Assembly: GCA_011109175.1 (NCBI GenBank) | Contig: RDEW01000007.1 | Location: 898,712-931,711 of the forward strand | Reading direction: 5' to 3' | DNA from: Dicyema japonicum | Taxonomy: Eukaryota; Animalia; Dicyemida | DNA: 33,000 nt | Part shown: positions 1 to 12,153 of the stretch, piece after piece | Numbering within the stretch: position 1 is the stretch's first letter | Layout: the number at the start of each line of letters is the position of its first letter | The notes under the pieces: generated by a model | Told to the model about the DNA's origin: nothing | Databases searched by the model: none | What the model saw: only the letters and a program-made list of their open reading frames with translations | Made by a program: the position numbers and the translations under genes

Positions 1-3000
1 TCCCGAGTACTGCGGAGTCATTGGGTTACATCTACGGTCATTTATGAAAATATACGAAAAGAATCTGACAACGGCGTAATATAGAACCCTCCGCAAATTC
101 CAGGACAAATTTCGCGAGGTGTTGGCTTCTGTTTGGATAAGGGAATATCCGATGGACAGGAATCTGATCAATTAGACAAATTTACTTGGAGACCGATCCA
201 AAAGCGAGAACTGTAGAGGAAAATATCCGACCATTCAACTGTTTCTTGGTGGTAAGGCACAGAATCATCATGTACATCAAAATATCAGAAAAAGATTGGT
301 TAGAATATTTACGATTTTCCACCCTCTCATGTAAAAACTAAAAATTAGCTGAAAACAACAATTAGCCAGGGTTCATGGGCTTTCAGCGAGTAAGTCAACG
401 GAAAATCCTGCAGATCACCCTTCCTCTGTGTAAGAGGATCGTTTTCAGAAATATCTGTGTTAAAAAATCCCATTTTCCGGCGACAAGTCTCAGCGAAAGC
501 CTTGGAGATGGCAATAATTAACTGGAATTATAGACTAAAGAACCTCAAGCTCGTATTTTTCACTTTTTATTGACATAATCCACTCCCAACAGGAGACAGC
601 ACACATCACGGATCTGTCCGAAAAGAAGTTCAAAGGAGAAAAGGCAATGAAATTCACTAGGCGTTTGTTTAATGGGTCATTCTCCTCATTGAGAATGAGT
701 AGGGCGGACATTTTATATAAAGCTCTCTCAAAGTTTTCGAAACTCCTTATTTTGACGGCCTGGTCGAAGTGATCGTTAAGTTCTGCGAAAATAAGGGACT
801 TATCTTTCATCCCAGCAAGTACTTTGACCTAATCAAATCGATAATCATAAGACCTCATTGAAGAAAGCCACCCGACGTTGTAATATGGAAATGAATGAGA
901 AATACTGATGCTCAATCACATGCACTGCCGTCGATTTGAAGTTTTGTACGTCATTTGAGTAGGAATGGGCCAGGGACTGAATTAGCAGTGATATAGTTGG
1001 ATTGGAGTACTTCTCAGCCCTGTCAATTAATATTGCTGCTTTGTGTTAATACACTTACAATTAAGTTCGATTTAGTTCGTCCGGGAGCAAATTTTATGGC
1101 CTCGTTCAGCATCTCTGTGCATCGTGAATGGAAAATAGTCGCCGATTCCTGCAATTTTCTGTCAAAACAACCTTCCTCTCTGCCAGGGTTTCTTTCAACT
1201 CCAAAACGGAATCCGTTCCCTCGACAGGTATACTATCAGAGATATAATGCCCATCGAAATTCGTAAGAAGGTGAAAAATGTCCAGTAACGTTACCAATAC
1301 GTTCCGATTCCATAGTATGTGGGGGACTCTGCAAAATGGTAAACTTTCAAAACTTGTCCACAAGATCGGATAGATGGGTATCAGCCAGTCCGCAGATAAA
1401 CTTCTCCTCCGAGTTAAATTTTACCAACAGAAATTTAGCAATTTCTTCTGCATCCCTCTCCTTGTCCCCATTAATCTAGAAATGAGTAAAAGACAACCAA
1501 TAAGTTAAGACAGTTGGAAAAAAATATATTCGCCATGGTTTTCACACATTGGTGGATTCCTGTAATATTTAACCACTTCAACCGAGTTTATCTTTTAAAA
1601 AGTGTTTGTCCTCCAAATAGTTGTAAATATGATAGACTGCCCGCGAAAGGTCAGAACAGTTAAGAGTTCTAAGATTTTCGAGAGCAAAAATAGCATTTAG
1701 GTACGAGCACTGAGGTACATCCAGTCTATTCACGACTGAGCTGTCTGTATTGTCCAAAATAGACAGCAGTCGATTGCGGAAGATAACCACATCCCCCTAT
1801 TATAATCTAGCAATTGTCACAGTCATTTGAGACAGTGAGTTACGAGTGGCTATTCCATACCGTTCCTTCAGAATATAGTCAGACGAGGAGAGTGGAGGAG
1901 AACCACAGGCAACAATGCGAATAGCAGAATAACTATCCCCCGACCACGAGTCACCTTAATGTGAGATATAAAGTTACAAATTTCATTCGAATGAAACCCC
2001 AAAATTGAAACTATTATCCAAAAGTCACAAAAGAGAAAAAAACACGTGGAATTTATGTTATCCAACGGATCCATTCTTACCATCAACTATTTTACGTAAA
2101 ATCATTAACTTTAGCAATAATCTGTAAAAGGGAGATGACTTTAGACAAAAGACTACTCTTCTGAGAGTAATTAACACAGCCACCTGGGATTGTTGAAGCC
2201 GTGGAGAAATTAGTGAGGTCCCCGACTTGACAAAGATTTGTAAAAGTCTCATTAAGACATCATTTTGTCTGATCCTATTTTTAACATTTACGGCAAGCAG
2301 GCCGAAAGCCTTGCTAATCATTTGAGATCTTCAATTTGAGAAAAACAAAACCTGACCGCGTCAAACTGGGTGGTTGACTGCATGTACAGTTCTACTGTAT
2401 TATAGCACAAGAAAGTGAGCGCCTGATCATAAATGTTGTCCTGAAATAAAATATAAGTCCCACACATCCGGCGACAATCATTCGTACGAGATCTAACACT
2501 ATAGTCTTGTCTAAACTCAGGTTAGAGTTTGTATAATTGTGGGACAAAATATGCAACACAGAGTTACAAATTTTAGTCGAACTTTTGTGGAAGATTGCAA
2601 TCTCTGAACAAATGTGGATTGCATTGCTCGCAACGGCAACCTGTGGACTGAGAAATGAAACCACCACAAAACCCGCTTATTGATTTTGCAGTGAATAATC
2701 GTCTTGAGAGTGTTGTAAGGAATCCATGCACCATGTCCTCTTGGAGAGACGTTTTCATCACTCTAGACTCAAAATAATCACAACTGGCTCAGACGGGCAA
2801 TCAAAACTGTGTAGAGTTCGTTGTACACTTCTCTTGCCTCAGATATGCAAATATTGCTCTTTTCATCGCTAAACATTTTCTAGAGTCTATAAAACGACAA
2901 CCTCGTGAAGAATTCCCATCAAGGGTAGCTGGTTCAATAAGAAAATCCCGAATCGTCGAAGGCACACATGAGGCCAGAAAAGGGAAGAAATTAGCAAGTT

Positions 3001-4389
3001 TTGTCAGTACCTATCAACACTAATAACACCCACAACCTCAAAGCAGGCAAGAAGGAGAGGGAAAACAAGTATAGTTTTGGATACCTCCATTTTCTGATTG
3101 ATCTGTCCCTTTAAATTAATCCAAAGTGACTCAGCGACTAACAATAAAATATGGTAAAACTGGAGTCGTCGAATACGTTATGTCCCATCGAAATGAGTAA
3201 GACTGAGCAGGTTCGAATGGCTCGATGATAGTGAGCTGAGCTGAAAGTCCTACTTGATAAACAAGAGGAAAGAAGCACGAGTTCTGACTCATAGAAACTC
3301 TTCAATGTCAGAAAAAGAGTCCGCCGACTTAATTTTAGCAAAAACAAACTATCCGCCTTGCTTCACACCACAACTTCGCGTATTGTTGAAGACCATGGTG
3401 AAAAAATTGACGAAAATTAGGTTGGAAAGTGACTCACATTGTCCCGCCTAAAGTAGACACACGAATAACTTGAAGTCTCGATTTTGGCAATTTATCAACT
3501 TCTTTAAGTGTACTTAGAGAGGCCTTCAAACTAGAAATCTGAATCATATAAACCAACTACCAAGTCAATTATCACATTCCATTGGTCCTCACTTATAAAA
3601 CACGCAGATGACGTGAAGGTCTACGTCAGTAAAAAATCTACCTTATCGATAAAATTGGTCCAGAATTCTCCAGAGAAATATCGACGGTAAAAGGTATGTC
3701 GATTACCCATTGCAGTGTCAGGACAACTATTCGATTTCACGGTAGGTTGGTAAATTTTGAGTGAGGTCACAAAGTTCATGAAAATCCCCGATTTAATCTC
3801 GCCAAAGTAGAAAAGGACTCCGTTCAGAATGAAGCACAGGCTCTGCAGTTTCTCAGAAGCTAAACTCACATAAATCCTTTACGCAGATCATTTTTGCTAA
3901 TCTTATCAAAAATCGAAGTTATTATATCAAGTTGGGAGTTTATTGCCTTTTCGGAGAATGCTTCACCAATCGGGGTACTTTGGCCACTAAGGAAGCTGGC
4001 GTAATCGTTTATTATGCAACAAATGGCTTTGGCAGTTAACTCTTCAAGCGGTTTTTCTGGGAGTTAGATTTGGATTTACTTTTATAATTTGGCGGATTAC
4101 AAAAATTAATTTTTTCAATATTTATTAGTATGGAATCAAAAAACGGGTATAATTTTTCGGAAAACTACAAATTGACACGTTGTTAACTTTGTAGTTTGAG
4201 TTGACGAAAAAGACACCTAACGCAACCAATGCCTCGAACGAGAATTCCGTAATGACCCCCAATTCCTGCTCCAAGTCACAACATTGTAGGTATATTTTGT
4301 TTATCTATAATATTTTTGCCAATTACCTTTTCCCATTCAACGTCTTCGACTTTCGCATAACAGGAGGCAGCATTTATTATGTGAGACAT
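1..4389 (-). CDS. PI4KA: Phosphatidylinositol 4-kinase alpha (PI4KIII-alpha/STT4), 5' portion; multi-exon with tiny introns; continues beyond the left edge
   Basis: Spliced peptides match PI4KA: EALVALGVFFVNSNYKFSEKLYPFF (human [25 protein letters not shown]); AKFLLVKFNSEEKFICGLADTHLSDLVDK|VPHILWNRNVLVTLLDIF (human AQFLLVNFNH...[29 protein letters not shown]); EAIKFAPGRTKSNL; AVSCWEWIMS (human ALACWEWLL). Probable ATG at 4389 (MSHIINAASC). Introns of 22-25 nt, e.g. gtaattggcaaaaatattatag and gttaacaacgtgtcaatttgtag. The kinase domain is not in the window. Confidence 0.9.
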
Positions 4390-4559
4390 CAATTATTACC
4401 ACAAAATTTGTGTTTAACAAACAATCCTTTAATTAGTATTTTCAAACATTAAATATTATTATTTATTATTTAAATTTAATAATTAAATATTACAATATAT
4501 TTTTTTCAATTTATTTAATATTTTTGTAAAAGTCTCTTTTGGAAATGTGGAGGAATTTA

Positions 4560-4725
4560 TCCGCCAGGTATCGGGACCCTCTACAAGCAGTATATCGAGC
4601 CAACAATAGGCTATGCATGTGCTGCGTGGGGATCTAACCTGGCGACAACGAACCTAATAAAAATTCAAGAGATCCAGTCAAGAGCAATAAAGTTACTGGA
4701 AGAATGTACAAATAAAGACAATTTC
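4560..4725 (+). mobile_element. Fragment of Jockey/I-group-like LINE, post-RT region
   Basis: Translates TLYKQYIEPTIGYACAAWGSNLATTNLIKIQEIQSRAIKLL, the LYK..I.P.L.YA...W....L..LQ..Q.RA motif that follows RT in APE-type LINEs; similar to the relic at about 21.3 kb. Confidence 0.6.
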
Positions 4726-5465
4726 CTCCTGGCAAAATTGACCCTTACGATTGCATCATCAGGAATTGTTCCTACACTTTAGATAGGGGAGGATTGTCAA
4801 CTATTACTGTTATTTTGTCATACGGAGAATTGTTAACTTTTTTATACATAGTACTTTATTAAAAAAAACTGAGCCAATGGTCATGTAGCGACCGGCCTGA
4901 CTGCGTGGCTATACCTTTTCAGGATGGCGAGCGAGATTCGCTCAGTCTATTAACAATCATCATACATGTGAAGTTTCTGACAGGTGGATACCATTCGAAC
5001 CTTGGTTTTACGTGTATCCTACGTTTGATTTGTTTATAACTTGGGATTTCCAACGTATGCCCGTCACCTCTTCCATGTTTACGAGAAGGAAGACAAAAGT
5101 AAATTAAAAATTGTGTGCAATAGAGGTACATGCCTTAACCTACCAACCACCCCCTTTAACAGAGAAATAGTGTCATAATCCGTTTATAAGGTAATTTCAA
5201 ATACTATTATTTCAAAGTGGTTGAAGTAACTCTTATGACGACTAATTTCTATTATATTTGATGAAATTGTGAAACGAGTAAATTATCTAATTAAGCGGAT
5301 TTTAATCCAGATTGCTGGTAATCCCTCTCATTCTATTAGAAGAAGAGTGTGCCATCAACTCCCTGTTATTCCCTATCTCCACATAGTCAGTCGACATATC
5401 TCTGTTAGAGTTAGTGGGTTGTTTTCACGGCATGACAATTCCACAAGGAGAGAAGTAGCAGAGGT

Positions 5466-7135
5466 TTACTCTTCATCAAAAACCTTCATCCCGTGTGAAA
5501 GCTCACTTGCGAGGAGGTCGTACTTGTGACATTTTTCTACCTCCAACTGTTTTACGCGATCCTGAGATGTAATTCCCACTTCTATTGTTGTATACAAGGT
5601 ATCTGGTTTGCTGAACTGTACTTTCGTTTCAGTCAGAATCGACGTAAAGACTCTCATCTCAACATTCTCTGTGGATACAATCGATTGAACTGAATACCCC
5701 TTCAACCTTTCTAGCCTTTTTGATCCCATATACTCTACATAGATGGAGATGTAAGCATTTTGCAACTTCGTTGTGTCTTCGGACGTAATCACTATTTAAC
5801 ATTCTATCACACTGAGTGGACAGGTGGTCAACAGTTTCTTGCAATGGTTACATATTGTCCCCGAAGTAAAAAAGAATAACTTCATGCCTTGCAAGAAACA
5901 ATACATTGCTTCACTTCTTGGGCCGATATTTCCTTTTGATAACCATCCACTGGAAGGGGTTCCTCCATGCTTCTGAAAAGCACAGAATGTAATTTTTTAA
6001 GAATTAATTTTATCAAGCAAATATTGAGTCTGGTTGGTCTTGAGAGACTCAATATCCATGTTGTCCTTGTCGGCAATTCCATAGAGACAAAAAGAAAGTG
6101 ACTGAAGTAAGTCCTCTCCCAAAATTCTTCCTGTTTAAATATATCCTCTCTTTGTCTACAAGTTTGAGGTGTAACCTGAGGGTCGTAAGCAGTTGCTGCA
6201 TTTGACGGTCAATATAATCAAATTCATAAGGTTTTTGAAAGCATGGTTATCCTCTTCTTAACATTTTCAAATATGGACTCCATAACTTTATTTTTGAGAA
6301 TATTACTTCCCCCATCTTCAAAAAAACTCAAATATCGATATCCATTGACTGCTTCCAGAGTCTCACAGCAGATTACGATTTAACATTAGAAGCTGACTTT
6401 TCCGAATTTATCTCCAAGCCGGCAACATAAAAGAGCTCGCGCATAACTTCCACTGATTAATTTGGAGTCGGATTTCCTGTCCAATTTGAGCCGCTTGGAC
6501 TTGCTCAACCGAAGACCGGAAGGAACCATTCTCTTCCCATGGGAGAGTGGTAAATACCTTGCCTGGGACGCCACCTGTGTCGATAGCCTTTTCCTTCCAA
6601 CCTCTCAACGACAGCAACTGACCCAGGCTCTGCTTCGGAGAAGGCTGAGACTCTAAAGATAAAAAAATACGCATGTCTTGGGAGGACAATTCACCTTCGA
6701 ACCAGTGGCAGTGAAACGACAGGAATCATTGGAACCAGGTAACTGAACCTGCTAAACAGGATCGACTCACTCATCGCGAAGAAAAACGATAGGAGAGAAA
6801 GGAGCTGGCTCATTGAGCGCATTTCCTTGCAAATCGTCAGGGGAAATGAGAGCAGCCTTATCAGTTGCTAACTGTTAGTTTTTTGTGTTATTATAAATGT
6901 GTGTGGAGGGAAAAAAATTTGGATTCTTGGGAACATAGAGTTAAAGATCCTGCTCAAGGGTTCCATTACCATAAAAAATAGTTGAGGGGATAATGAATCT
7001 CCTTCCTGAATTCCACGTCCCAGCTTTACAGAACCAATTCTTCTTCCATCCAAGTGGGGATTTACAGTCCACTTCTTCTTGACTATGGTCTTTACAAAGT
7101 TAAAGAATCAAAGGCCTTCTTCCATCAACCCAAGC
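5466..7135 (-). mobile_element. Degenerate R4/Dong-like (RLE-type) non-LTR retrotransposon, interrupted by a CRE-like insertion at 6421-6917
   Basis: In order on the minus strand: RT motifs AWVD.KKAFDS (about 7110) and GIQEGDSLSPQLF (6868-7053 ORF), then GLEINSEKSA and GYRYL, the zinc-knuckle remnant ETVDHLSTQC..DYVRRHNEV, and the restriction-like endonuclease KPD...IEVGITSQD...EVEKCHKYDLLA. Contains frameshifts and deletions. Confidence 0.75.
6421..6917 (+). mobile_element. 5'-truncated CRE-like non-LTR element (RLE domain, stop, short 3' UTR, A-run)
   Basis: RRPEGTILFPWESGKYLAWDATCVDS, KIKKY...FEPVAV and ERISLQIVRGNESSLISC* match the RPDG..PW..G..L.WD.T..D / FEP.AVET / QR.S..IQRGN pattern of CRE-clade endonuclease; A7 at 6911-6917. 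Confidence 0.7.
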
Positions 7136-7868
7136 ACAATATAAGGCGTTTTCATACTCACATCGGGAATACTTTTAGAAGCTTCCCATAATTAAAAGAA
7201 ATCACAGAAATTTATTATATAGACTGACCTATATAGTTCTTGTTACTGTAAATTGTGATGATTTCAAACGTGGAATAAAAATTAACTTTCTTTGAAAATG
7301 GCATTTTATGGCAAAAAAATTCCTAGTGATAAAGGATAAAATTTTGTCTAAATGGCTGAAGAGAAGCTTATAGGCAGGATATATGGGTTGATCAGTGTGA
7401 ATAAGAGTCGGGGGAGTTTGAGCCTGATATTAATTGAGATTGGATTGTAGACATAATCGGTGATATCCCTCATAGAAAATTTCATTACTCATGATGGACA
7501 GTGTTCCAAGTTTTCCCTGTCTGTACCTTCGGCATTTATATGAAAATTCTCATTGTCCTTGGGTTCAATTCAACATCCCTTCTTAGGCGTAGGACAGTGG
7601 TTCTTAACGGGGGAGCTGGAATTTTAATTTTTATAAATATTTGCATTAGGTTTTATAAAACTTTATCACGTGCTTTTCTAATTAATTCTACAAATTAGTA
7701 AATTTTGTTCAAAGCTATATGCTGGGGAAATTTTTTTTAATTGTTCGACTTTCTCTTTTCGTAAAATGTAATATAAAAGAAAATCATTGTTGAAATCGGG
7801 ATGTAATGAATTAAAACTGATTTATTTTATTTATTTAAATCAAATAAAAAAAGGACAAAACATTAGTT

Positions 7869-8347
7869 TGCTGCTGCCCTCACTGCGTGGCTGTTCCTCA
7901 GAATTGCGAGCGAAATTCTCTCAAACAGCTAGCGGCGTTCGCGGAGATCTCCAGTGCATGAGGTGATCCGGGTTCCAAGACGTCTGAAAAACTATAGTGT
8001 ATAGGGGGAGTAACATCCGGAAGTCTCCATAGCAAGATCTCAAGGCACAAGGCTCTGAATGAGATTGTCAAGCGGGCTATGGATGCTGCTGGAAACTCGG
8101 CCATTTTTGAACCGGTCGGGTTATGCAGAAGGGACGGGAGCGACCTGACGGGATGACCATATTTCCCTTTGAGGCCGGGAAACTACTTGTTTGGGACGTA
8201 GCATGTACAGACACGTTCGCCCGGAACAATCTTCACGAGTGCGCTTTAAGGGCCTACTCTGCAGCCGTCAAGGCGGAGAAGGCCAAACTCGAAAAATACG
8301 GCGACCTTGCCGATAATGTCCAATTTGTTTCGCTTGCTATGAATTAA
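7869..8347 (+). mobile_element. CRE-like non-LTR retrotransposon fragment (RLE domain)
   Basis: RHKALNEIVKRAM...FEPVG followed by ERPDGMTIFPFEAGKLLVWDVACTDTFA...AEKAKLEKY; frameshifted and truncated. Confidence 0.75.
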
Positions 8348-8379
8348 AATGCCGACAAAGATTTACTCTTTTAGGTAGT

Positions 8380-8830
8380 GAAATAATTTCATTGCTTAGC
8401 ATACACGTGCATCGTAAAAAAGTAGTCTTCTTCCATTTGGCGCTAAATTTATATAATTTACACTTTTTCTATAATTTACAGAAGGTTTACAAATGAAGCC
8501 CCCAAGAATGTTAAATCTTAAGTTTTTTCATCCTGAGAAACTTAATGCAGATGTTAATTATTTTCATAGTCTTAAATATATTTTTATAAATAGTCTTATG
8601 ATTAATCAATATTTGTAAAAAATTCCAAGATGCATTAGCATCATACAAAATATCGCCGCAATTGAAAAAAAATAAAATCTTAATGGGCGCTGGCTTAAAA
8701 AAGGTTAAGAACTGGTAGGAAAACCTACAGAAACAAAATTGTGACGCTTCTTAAGAATTGAAAAAGTAAAAGACCAGAAAGAATCATTAGACAAGGTATT
8801 TAGTGACGTAGGAATCAAACTCACAACAAA
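8380..8830 (+). mobile_element. Possible highly decayed hAT transposase relic
   Basis: Fragments FHCLAYT (like the hAT CxxH) and KPTETKL*RFLRIEKVKDQKESLDKV (like P..TRW.S...M.ER....K..L) lie in the expected order; many stops. Confidence 0.3.
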
Positions 8831-8980
8831 TGACGCCAGTGACAGCAATGGCCGCTACGTTACATGGTCTAGCAGTAATATTGGATGCCAATGATTTAAA
8901 ATTGGTCAAAATATAATTAAATGTATTAAAAGTAAAATAATTAAAACAAAGTAAAAAATCAACAAATTATAAATATAACA

Positions 8981-11013
8981 TTATCTTTTCTTACTTTTTT
9001 TGAACTTAGCCTTTAATGAAAGTTAAAAAAACCTTCCTTCTAGACAAAATCTTAGGTCGGAGCATACAAAAGTTCTTCATTTTTTGCTTCTCTCTATTAG
9101 TCGCTCTAAACGACTTTTTTGTAGATTTTTCCCTCCTTTTCTTCTCTTCACCTTGTCCTTCTTCCTTTCCTTTAAGTAAATCAACCAAACAACAGCATTC
9201 TCCTCATCAAGTTCCTCTCTAGTCTTTCTCCGAGATTTGTGAAGATGAATTAGATTCGAGTAAGAGACTATCTCAGGAGGTCCCTCGACCTCTTCCTCAC
9301 TTGAGGATCTTCCCCTCTGTACTCCCTCATTGCCTGATGATCCTCGTCTCCAAAAAATCTCGTTCTTGTCAGCAACCTCGCTCTATCAAGCCTCTCTTCC
9401 TCGTCGATCTCCAGTAAAAACAGACATAACCTCGCTTTCGACTTCTCCTCCCTCCTCGATAGGCAGAATCTCTGCTCCTGGCACGAAATCGTTAACCCCT
9501 TCCAAATTTTCTACTTCTTTTTCTCCAGTGGGCCTTCCCTACCAAATAAACACCCCCAAAAACTCTGTCCTTTCTGTGGAGAAGTTTAGGATTAACGGTC
9601 CTGAAGAGAGTAATCAACGACTTGGCCGACATCGAGGCGGCTAGGATTAACAAATGGAGGTACATTTGTGCTTATAGTTCCTGTAGTTCACTAGATCCCT
9701 GAGCAGATCCTCAGTCATGGCGAGGGGACATCGCACACAAATCTCTCTCACCGTGTTAAGTCTACCACGTGAAACCAAATCTCACCCCACTGCAATGGCC
9801 TCTCCCGAATTGGCATCAGTTATAAAGTTATTAGAAATCATCCTAATCAGAGTCTCCACAAGTGAATGATCCACGTGGGGGTGAACCGCCTGAGCCGAGT
9901 AGAGCAGGATTTTGGTGATCTCCTCTGTCTTGGGCGCAGATACTTGCCGATGAATGGATAAAACTGGGGGATGGACAACTTGGCTACATCCAACTGGAAC
10001 CTGGTGGATCCCCAATAGCCTGGAAACGAGGTTCATCATCATCAGTCTGAACTCGAAGCGGTCCCTGCTAGCCTCGAGACGACGGTACAGCTGTTCTGCA
10101 AACTTCTGAGGGTCGTAAATGCTGTACAACGGCTCATATGACATGTAAGTCGACTTTTGGGCGTTTTTTGACTAAATTGAGCGGTTAGAGTACTTTTATG
10201 GACTTTATTTTCCGGTCCATGGTCCTCTTACGAGAGGCAGTCTTCTTTCCGACTCGATGTGAAAGTTTGGCAGCAATTATAGCTTTCTAAAATGACATAT
10301 GATGTCTTACGTGTTCGTCGTCTACTTGCTCGTCATGTTCCTCCTGGATCCACTTTTTGGACTGTCCTAGGAAAAAGGCAATGGCCACAATGGACATCTT
10401 CAAGTCCTGGCTAAGGCAGAGACTGCTACGGCATTTATGGTTCTGTCATCCTTCCACGTGCCACGACGACAAAGCTCAACTGTGATCCTCAGTGCGAGAT
10501 GGGATTCCCCCAATTTCTCTAACACGTGCTCTTTCAGGATCTCGTCACCCTTCAAGGGACGCTGAATGGCCCTGAAGAGAAAGTGAAATATTAGCTTCCG
10601 CAGTTCTCGGTCCTCGAGATTGTAAAGTTTGAAGAACTCGTCCATGAAGAACGTCGTGGGGATGTGACCCTTGTTTCGCATGAGAATGAGTGCCTTGCAG
10701 AGTTCTAGGCGTACATCGTGGGAAAGTGAAGGAGAGAGTTTTCTGAGTAGGTCAAGACAATGTTGAGGGGTTTCCGTGGCATTAAAGAGGTGGCCCACAT
10801 GGGCGATGAAGTTAGTCAGGGAGAGAAACCGTTGGGATTCCAGTAAAGGGTTAAAGGTAAACATTTGAAGATGAGAGAGATAATTTTGGTATTGAAGTTG
10901 AAACTATGAATAAAAGAGTAAAAGACCTCTTCCTTGTATGAGGATGGATCTCGTTTCATTAAATCTTGTAATTTAGGTAGGTTGACCTCCAATTTATCAG
11001 CTGTTTGGAACAT
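8981..11013 (-). CDS. SDAD1: Protein SDA1 homolog (60S ribosome biogenesis), multi-exon
   Basis: N-terminus MFQTADKLEVNLPKLQDLMKRDPSSYKEE|FQLQY (SDA1 NLPQLQNLIKRDP..Y.EEF); internal IYDPQKFAEQL, RFEFRLMMMNLVSRLLGIH, EITKILLYSAQAVH; C-terminal TNREKQKMKNFCM. Introns 10904-10926 (23 nt) and 9011-9032 (22 nt); stop TAA at 8981-8983 after AKFKKSKKR. Two apparent 1-nt deletions (about 9923 and about 10413). Confidence 0.92.
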
Positions 11014-12153
11014 TTTCGTAAAAAAATAATGTCTTACGTGATCAATCACGTTTTTAAATAAATTTTAATTTTTAATTAAATTAAAAATTATACAATTAAT
11101 TTAATTTATTACAAGGTTTTTCAGTTTATTTAATTGTTTGTGGAATTGACAAAGCTTGCTAATTATATATTCCCCACATGTGGCTCTAGAAATTTTTGCA
11201 GCGTTTATTGGAATTTGAGAAACGTTTTAGAAGGCACCATTCTGTTTTCCTAATCTTTTCTCATTTCTAACATTCTGGTCTTTATTCCGAGCTATCATTA
11301 AATATTCTGTGTTCTCACGCTGATTATGTTAATTGCTCTGGCCAGTGGTTTTTGGGAAATAACTTACTATTTTAAGAGCTAAGACAGAAATTTGGAGGTT
11401 TAGGGTATCACATTGGTTCGTGTAATCGGTGATCTGATATGGTTATGGTATTGCATATGAGGTTCACCACTTCTTGGGTGCAGCTTTGACTACGATTTCG
11501 TCGGTGGGTGGTTTGTGTCGTTAGATCGCAGATATCGACGTTCGTCGCTGATTTCTGACCACCAATATAAGCAAGTTTTTAACCACCACTGAATGTGAGG
11601 AACACAATATTTGTAATTTCAAGTGCACTATAAAAAATAATTAATGTAAATCATGTCCTATCTTGCCATTTGTAATTATTTCAGATTAGCAAATCACACT
11701 ACTAAGAACATCAACTCAAATGCCTAGGATATACAAATGCCTTTGAAGAATTGCAATCCCCAGAAGTTGATGGCTTTTTTCGTTTTTTTCCGGATTTGGT
11801 GACACATTTCAGGTGACCCAAAGGACATCACCCTAAACACATCATCAAAGTTCCCCAATCGGATTCTTCTTAAAGTTCCTTCCCAATCGGATTCTCCTCA
11901 GGGATGAGAGAAGTCTCTTTCGTACAGTAGTGGTAACAATGGAAGACAACATACATTGAAGGAGCAGTTGATTACGGAACTGGGATCACCTAACTGTTTG
12001 ACGTTTCTTCTGTCTTTCTCTTTCGGTGATCTCGGGGTTCTAAATAAATAATCCCCCACAGTGAATACTCTTCATTACATTGTTGTTTCCCTGCGTATAA
12101 TTGATTTATTAGAATCGTAAACGCTCCAATTTAAAATTTTAATTATTCGTTTA

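Noticed and set aside
4985-5010. tRNA gene (minus-strand GGTTCGAAT B-box)
   Set aside because: No cloverleaf or A-box could be built around it.
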